The notes beneath the pieces are model-generated. The model was given only the letters and a program-made list of their open reading frames with translations, was not told the DNA's origin and did no database searches. Position numbers and translations under genes: made by a program. This document shows, piece after piece, positions 58,589 through 64,000 of a stretch of DNA of 64,000 nucleotides; within the stretch, counting starts at the first letter, position 1, and each line of letters begins with the position of its first letter. Source of the DNA: Longimicrobiales bacterium (lineage in GTDB: Bacteria > Gemmatimonadota > Gemmatimonadetes > Longimicrobiales > Gaopeijiaceae); assembly GCA_963664435.2 (NCBI GenBank), contig CAXXKM010000003.1, forward strand, positions 1-64,000. The letters are read 5' to 3'.

Positions 58589-59488
58589 ATGGCGGCGAAG
58601 GGACCGGGCAAGCACCACCGCAAGGGCATCACGATGCCGCAGGTCGCGACAATGTTCGCGACCGAGGAAAAGGCAATCCGCTGGTTCGAGTCGTGGGTCT
58701 GGCCGGACGGCGAGATGGCCTGTCTCCGCTGCGGTTCCGTGAACTGCTATCGGGTAAAGTCGGGCAAGCCGATGCCGTACCGCTGTCGGGACTGTCGGTC
58801 GTATTTCTCGCTCAAGACCGGGACGCTCATGGAACAGTCGAAGCTTCCGCTTCGGCTCTGGGGCTGGGCGATCTATCTGGAACTGACGAGCCTCAAGGGC
58901 GTTTCGTCTATGAAGCTGCACCGCGATCTGGGCGTTCGGCAGGCCACGGCGTGGTTCATGTTGCACCGCATCCGGGGCGCGTTCGCGGACATGGCGTTGA
59001 CGTTCGACGGCCCGGTCGAGGTGGACGAAGCGTATTTCGGCGGCAAGCGGAAGAACATGAGCAACACGCGCCGGAAGGAACTGGAGGGCACGGGCCGCGG
59101 GCCGGTCGGCAAGCAGGCGGTGGTCGGCATCAAGGATCGGGCGACGAAGCGGGTTGCCGCGCGAGTGATCGACCGGACGGACGGCGAGACGCTACGGGGT
59201 TTCGTGGACGCTCACGCGAGCGACGGCGCGAAGCTGTACACGGACGATGCCACGGCCTACCGGGGCACCGACCGGGAGCACGAGACGGTCAAGCACTCGG
59301 CAGCCGAGTACGTCCGGTATCTGGAAGGCGAGACGGTCCACACCAACGGCGTAGAGAGCTTCTGGGCCGTGTTGAAGCGAGCGCACAAGGGTGTCTACCA
59401 CCGCCTGTCGCCGAAGCACCTGCAAGCCTACGTGGACATGTTCGCAGCACGCCAGAACGTGCGCGAGATGGACACACGGAGCACCTGA
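58589..59488 (+). CDS. IS1595 family transposase (C-terminus probably truncated)
   Basis: Zn finger CLRC/CRDC, VEVDEAYFGG, YTDD and HTNGVESFW motifs. Confidence 0.92.
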   Translation: MAAKGPGKHHRKGITMPQVATMFATEEKAIRWFESWVWPDGEMACLRCGSVNCYRVKSGKPMPYRCRDCRSYFSLKTGTLMEQSKLPLRLWGWAIYLELTSLKGVSSMKLHRDLGVRQATAWFMLHRIRGAFADMALTFDGPVEVDEAYFGGKRKNMSNTRRKELEGTGRGPVGKQAVVGIKDRATKRVAARVIDRTDGETLRGFVDAHASDGAKLYTDDATAYRGTDREHETVKHSAAEYVRYLEGETVHTNGVESFWAVLKRAHKGVYHRLSPKHLQAYVDMFAARQNVREMDTRST

Positions 59489-59495
59489 GGTCCGG

Positions 59496-59615
59496 ATCAC
59501 GGCAGTAGATCTTCTAACTACATACAGGACTGCACGATCTGCGTTTCCTGTCGTTGTACTGGACCTTGCTGGACCGTGCCGCCAAAGCGGGAAAAACGTA
59601 CTTGAATGGCGGGAC
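59496..59615 (+). repeat. Second copy of the integrase-associated end motif
   Basis: 48/61 identity to 834-894, followed by GCGGGA repeats at 59587 and 59609. Confidence 0.6.
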
Positions 59616-59950
59616 TCCCGCGCCCGCCCCGCCTCTGACCAAGGTCCCGGAAGCCGACGTTGCCGACCGTCTCCCTCACCGGCAATCGGATCGACCTCGA
59701 CGGCCAAGACGGCCAGCCCGCGATCGGCGTGGATCGCTATCATTCGGCGGTGGGCGGAGCACCGGACGCGGACACCGATGCGCCGACCCTCCGATGGGAT
59801 GCATCATCGCGACGTCGCCCGGCCCGGCTCCCTGAACGGAGAGGCTTGTGGAAGCGAACCGGGCGGTTTCGCTAGATTCCCGGGCCGCCGAGGTTCGGCG
59901 GCCCGAGTGACGACACGCGGCCCGACGCCTTGCCTGCCCGGAGAAACCCG

Positions 59951-60865
59951 ATGCCCGGCTGGACACTTGAAGACATTCCGCCTCTTCGCGGCCGCACGGC
60001 CGTCGTGACCGGAGGCAACACGGGGCTCGGCTTCAGATCCGTTCGCGAGTTGGCCCGCAGGGGCGCGCGGGTCTTCCTGTCCAGCCGCAGCGCGGCCAAG
60101 GGGCAGGCGGCCGTCGGAGCGGTTCTGTCCGACCTGCCGGGCGCGAGGGTCGAGGGCTTCGCGCTGGACCTCACCGATCCGGTGGGCATCGAGCGCTTTG
60201 CCGGACGCGTCGCCGCCCGAACGGGTCGCCTCGACATCCTGCTGAACAACGCGGGCGTGGTGAATCTCGCCGAACTGCAACGGACGCCGCTCGGCCACGA
60301 GATGCACATGGCCACGAACCACTACGGCCACTTCCTGCTCACGGGACATCTGTTCGGGCTGCTGGTGGCAACGCCGGGCGCGCGCGTGGTCACGGTGACC
60401 AGCGGCGCGTACCGGGCCGGCGTCATCGACTTCGGCGATCTGGACTGGCGCGGGCGTCCGTACAGCCGCGGCAAGGCGTACGGCGACAGCAAGCTGGCCA
60501 ACCTGTTGTTCGCGCGGGAGCTTCAGGGACGGTTAGACGCCGCGGGCGCGGCGGCCCTGTCGCTCGCGGCCCATCCGGGCCTGACCGGGACCGAGCGCCA
60601 GCAGTCGGTCGGAATCGGCGGACGGCTCGCCCGCCTGTTGGCCGCCCCGGTCGATGTCGGCGTGCGTCCACAACTGCGCGCCGCCACCGATCCGTCGGCC
60701 GGGAAGCTGGACTTCTTCGGACCCCGGTTCGGGCTGAGGGGACCGGCCCGCCGCATCCCCGTCCGCGGACCGGCCCGCAGCGACGACTTGGCGCGCCGCC
60801 TCTGGAGGGTCACCGAAGAGGTGACGGGCTTCCGCTACGCGGCCGCACCGGGCAACCCCGCGTGA
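59951..60865 (+). CDS. SDR family oxidoreductase (retinol-DH-like)
   Basis: TGGNTGLG, NNAG, YGDSK and AAHPG motifs. Confidence 0.92.
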   Translation: MPGWTLEDIPPLRGRTAVVTGGNTGLGFRSVRELARRGARVFLSSRSAAKGQAAVGAVLSDLPGARVEGFALDLTDPVGIERFAGRVAARTGRLDILLNNAGVVNLAELQRTPLGHEMHMATNHYGHFLLTGHLFGLLVATPGARVVTVTSGAYRAGVIDFGDLDWRGRPYSRGKAYGDSKLANLLFARELQGRLDAAGAAALSLAAHPGLTGTERQQSVGIGGRLARLLAAPVDVGVRPQLRAATDPSAGKLDFFGPRFGLRGPARRIPVRGPARSDDLARRLWRVTEEVTGFRYAAAPGNPA

Positions 60866-61140
60866 GCTACGTGGTCACCGTGCCTTGGAAGTAGCAGAAG
60901 CCGCTGGCCCTCGTCCAGAACGTGATCCGCGTCTTCCTGTCGTCTCGAATCTTCAAGTATCGAACTGTCAGACTGCACTTGTTGGTGTCCGGGTCGTAGG
61001 TCCGACGCTCACAGCCTTCCAAGGACTGCATCAAACCCATCGGGAGTGAGGCCAGCGCTTCGGAACGCGCGAAGGCAGCCTGACCGTTCTCGGAGCCAGA
61101 CTGGCCTGGAGATGGGGGCCGGCGGCGGCCCCGCAACCAC

Positions 61141-61950
61141 TCAGCCGACCGATCCCTTCTGTCTGGCTCCCGGGTCGGGAGCCACGAGCGTGTCAGGAGT
61201 TACCCGCAACGGCAGAAGGGAATCCGGCGCGACGCTCCGGATGCCGCTCTTGTAGGGATCGCGGAGTGTGGGCATACACCCTCGCTCCAAGCGCTTGCGG
61301 CCGATCCGTCCCGAGTAAAGAAAGGCGCCTCCGACTGCGACCGAGATTGCAGCGACGCCCACCTTTTCCCCGGAAGTCCGTTCCGCGTCCCCCACACTCC
61401 CCGCAAGGCCGCCCAACAGCCACACTGACCCACCTAAGACGTCCCCTGCGAGAGGGAGCACATCCCGAAATCTCAAGTCCCTGCACCAGGCCCCATCCGC
61501 CGGAATTGTCGGAGACGGCGCCGCTCCGGGGCTCAGTTCTTTCAGGCGCTGGCTCTGCCACCGCCGGTGCAGCGCGCGGCATTCGTTGATGCGTTCAAGC
61601 CCGGTTTTGGCTTGATTGTAGCCGGCAACCCCTCCGGCAAGTCCCATGCCCGCACCGGTGAGCGCCGCTGTCACCCCCTCCCCTCCCGGTTCCAATCCAC
61701 CCGCCGCAGCAACGGCAAGGCCCGTCACGCCGACGATGCCCAGCAATGTGGCACCCGCAAGATAGGCTCCGGGCAAGATCGAAGTCGTCGTGCATTGGGG
61801 CGCGCTCGCAGCCAAACCGGGCGCGGCGATTCCCGTTCGAGGCGGTTCCTGAATGAAGAGTGTGGAACAACCGCTCAGCGAGGCCGCCAGTGCGAGCAGC
61901 ACCAGAACGCTGGCCGGTCCACGGGCGGCTTTGATCATCGACATCATCAT
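61141..61950 (-). CDS. Hypothetical lipoprotein/membrane protein
   Basis: Lipobox LSGC and internally repeated C...TM-TM...C units. Confidence 0.55.
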   Translation of the reverse strand: MMMSMIKAARGPASVLVLLALAASLSGCSTLFIQEPPRTGIAAPGLAASAPQCTTTSILPGAYLAGATLLGIVGVTGLAVAAAGGLEPGGEGVTAALTGAGMGLAGGVAGYNQAKTGLERINECRALHRRWQSQRLKELSPGAAPSPTIPADGAWCRDLRFRDVLPLAGDVLGGSVWLLGGLAGSVGDAERTSGEKVGVAAISVAVGGAFLYSGRIGRKRLERGCMPTLRDPYKSGIRSVAPDSLLPLRVTPDTLVAPDPGARQKGSVG

Positions 61951-62061
61951 GAAATGCTTCCTTGCGCTGTCGGGCAGTTGGAACACTTCGTCCCGGCGAT
62001 TCGGCCCGCCCGACAACTCAACATGTGCGTTTTGCCCCGTGTCGGGGCCTGCCGCAGCCCA

Positions 62062-62700
62062 CTACCCGATCGGGATGTTGATCCCCGCTTGGATGGCCAA
62101 GTGCCGCGTCATGGCGTCGTCGTCCTCGGCCACCGGCGCAAGGCCGAGCGAGTAGAGCACGTCAACGCCCAAGCGCATCCCGGCCATGGGGAAGTCCGCG
62201 CCCGCGCCCAGGGCGATCCCGTAGTCCAGGGCCTTGGTCTCAAGCTCTGCGTCGGAGCAACTCGAACTGATGTTGACGCCCTCCCCCGGAGCGGAAGCCT
62301 CCAGATTGCAGGAGAGCCGCAACGCGATCCATGGACCGGCCATCACGCCCACGAACAGTCCGCCCTCGGCGTGTGTGCCGATGCGCGCCAACCCCGAGAA
62401 CTGGGCGTAGTCGATGTTGAGCCCGACGCTCAATCCTTCGAGCTCATCGGCACCGAACCCTCCGCCTTTCTGCACGTAGGCGCCGCCGACCCTGATGTCG
62501 AACAGTCCGGGTCCGGGAATGGTCAGGTCCGCGCTCACGACGATGCCGCTGCGGGATCCGGAATCGAGACCCACTTCCTCGACGGAAACGGAGGCGAAGC
62601 CGGCTCCGCCCCGCAGACCGAGGGTCTTCTGGGCCGTCAGGGGAGCGGCGATCAGAATGAGGCCGGCAAGAGCCAGCAGGATGGGGATGCGTTTCTTCAT
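62062..62700 (-). CDS. Outer-membrane beta-barrel (porin family) protein
   Basis: Signal peptide, alternating beta strands, YVQKG and a terminal beta signal. Confidence 0.8.
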   Translation of the reverse strand: MKKRIPILLALAGLILIAAPLTAQKTLGLRGGAGFASVSVEEVGLDSGSRSGIVVSADLTIPGPGLFDIRVGGAYVQKGGGFGADELEGLSVGLNIDYAQFSGLARIGTHAEGGLFVGVMAGPWIALRLSCNLEASAPGEGVNISSSCSDAELETKALDYGIALGAGADFPMAGMRLGVDVLYSLGLAPVAEDDDAMTRHLAIQAGINIPIG

Positions 62701-62730
62701 CGTTTGCCTTTCATTTCAGGGGGTTCTGCT

Positions 62731-63999
62731 CTAGCGAATGCCCGAGGACGAGGAGATTGTCCCGCCTGTCACCGCGCGCCTCACCGGACTGGTTTCATCG
62801 TCTTGCGGCTCGGTGCCCGGCTTGACGCGCAGGACGCCCTCGACCGGAAGGCGGAGCGCGGACGGATCGTCGCCGGGGCGCGGGCGGATGACCGTCCATT
62901 CCGCTCGCGTAGAGTGCAGCAGGCCATCCCATTGCGGTTCGACCGTCAGGCTGCCGCTCGACTGCCTGCTGGCCCGGATGCTGCCCTGGGTGACCCGCCG
63001 GTTCACGATTTCGCACCCCGTGCTGGTCAGACAGCTGTAGCGGATGTTGCCCTCGACGATGTACGAACTGGTGCCGGTGAACTCCACGGTCGCTACGCCG
63101 CTGGAGTACCGGAAGGAAATGCCGCCGCCCGAGGTGTCCGGAGTCCAGAATCCGGTCGGGAGGGTCTCGATCGTCTGCCCCGTCGTGTACGTCGTGTCGC
63201 TGCCGCCACCGTTGGTCCGTATCGTGACCCTTATCGCCGACGAGCAGTTGTTGCTCGTGTCCGATTCGCCGGAAACGGCGTCGACACATTCCCCGACATA
63301 GACGGTGCCCAACGGAGCACCGGCGTCGATCTCGATCAAGGCCTCGCCGCTCACTTCCTCGGACGGGTTCAGGGAAGGCACCGCAGCGGCGCCGACGTCG
63401 GTGTCGTTGGTGGAAATGGTCGCGTCGGCCGAAATCAGGGTCCGTACGAGGGTGGCCGCCGCCGCCTCGTCGCCTTGGTTGCGCACCGTCAGTTCGTACG
63501 AAAAGCTGCTTCCGCGCGACACCGTGACGCTCGATCTGGAGAGACTCACCACCAGATCGGGGCCGCCGGACCCGCCGACGGTCACGCGGACGCCCCGCGA
63601 GCAGTTGTTGGCCGTGTCGGATTCGCCGGACACCGCATCGATGCAGATGCCGAAGTAGAAGGAGCCTGCGGTCAGGTTCGCCACGGTCCCGGTAATCGTC
63701 CGGCTCTGCCCAGCGGCGAGGCCGGCGAAGGCCGTTCGACCGATCTCGTCGTCCGTCGTCGAGATTGTCGAGTTGCCTGACTGGTAGAGGCGGATCGTTG
63801 TGGCCGGCGCCGGCGCGTCGCCGGTGTTCCGGATCGTGAAATCGGCCTGAACCGACCCGCCGACCGACCCCGTCACCGAGGTCGGCGTGACATTGGTGAA
63901 CTCCAGATCCGGCGCGCCGGAACCCGTGACCGTCACCCTGACACCGGTCGAGCAGTTGTTGCCCGTGTCGGATTCGCCGGAAACGGCGTCGGCGCAAAT
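62731..63999 (-). CDS. CARDB/Ig-like repeat surface protein (partial, starts beyond the window)
   Basis: Repeated PDL...V.N.G...C.DAVSGESDTxNNCS modules. Confidence 0.85.
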   Translation of the reverse strand: MCADAVSGESDTGNNCSTGVRVTVTGSGAPDLEFTNVTPTSVTGSVGGSVQADFTIRNTGDAPAPATTIRLYQSGNSTISTTDDEIGRTAFAGLAAGQSRTITGTVANLTAGSFYFGICIDAVSGESDTANNCSRGVRVTVGGSGGPDLVVSLSRSSVTVSRGSSFSYELTVRNQGDEAAAATLVRTLISADATISTNDTDVGAAAVPSLNPSEEVSGEALIEIDAGAPLGTVYVGECVDAVSGESDTSNNCSSAIRVTIRTNGGGSDTTYTTGQTIETLPTGFWTPDTSGGGISFRYSSGVATVEFTGTSSYIVEGNIRYSCLTSTGCEIVNRRVTQGSIRASRQSSGSLTVEPQWDGLLHSTRAEWTVIRPRPGDDPSALRLPVEGVLRVKPGTEPQDDETSPVRRAVTGGTISSSSGIR

Positions 64000-64000
64000 C

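Larger units (their letters stand above)
58506..59488 (+). mobile_element. IS1595-family element, right end missing
   Basis: Left end GGGAATTATACG followed by the transposase. No matching right IR was seen. Confidence 0.8.
41146..59615. mobile_element. Integrative mobilizable element / defence island at tRNA-Pro (right boundary inferred)
   Basis: Integrase converging on the tRNA 3' end, a mob module, defence cargo and AT-richer genes. No tRNA-derived attR was seen. Confidence 0.6.

Noticed and set aside
60867..61136. Small Cys-containing ORF
   Set aside because: Short, with no motif or clear RBS; cannot be distinguished from chance.

Overview
High-GC bacterial chromosomal window. The gene content and the surface-protein types suggest a marine or sponge-associated Gemmatimonadota genome (inference, not shown by the sequence). 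A housekeeping core (~19-41 kb: tRNA-Sec, SSS symporter, S9/M16 peptidases, tonB, lpxH-like, lptE, a 10-gene Mrp antiporter operon, hemC, rfaE2, rdgB, tRNA-Pro) is flanked by two accessory regions built by one family of integrative-mobilizable elements. The family shows two intact tyrosine integrases plus a fragment, four ColE1-like oriT motifs and shared non-coding end motifs. The left region (~0.4-18.9 kb) carries a candidate methylated-onium or phosphonate catabolic cluster (BCCT, TonB receptor, GcvT/DmdA-like demethylase, MetF, BBOX/TmpA-like dioxygenase, PhnZ/TmpB-like HD protein). It also holds an IS110 element whose bridge-RNA donor guides can be read from the sequence, a gmhB pseudogene and an (AGCCG)n microsatellite. 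The right region (41.2-59.6 kb, at tRNA-Pro) carries a ColE1-type mob module with nested overlapping genes and a defence island. The island contains a DUF262/DUF1524 nuclease, BrnTA, an MmeI stub, an orphan prohead-protease-like gene, a coupled SIR2-HerA-KTSC operon and a DUF499/DUF1156 restriction-like system cut by IS1595. All family calls are by eye from motifs; no database searches were run.
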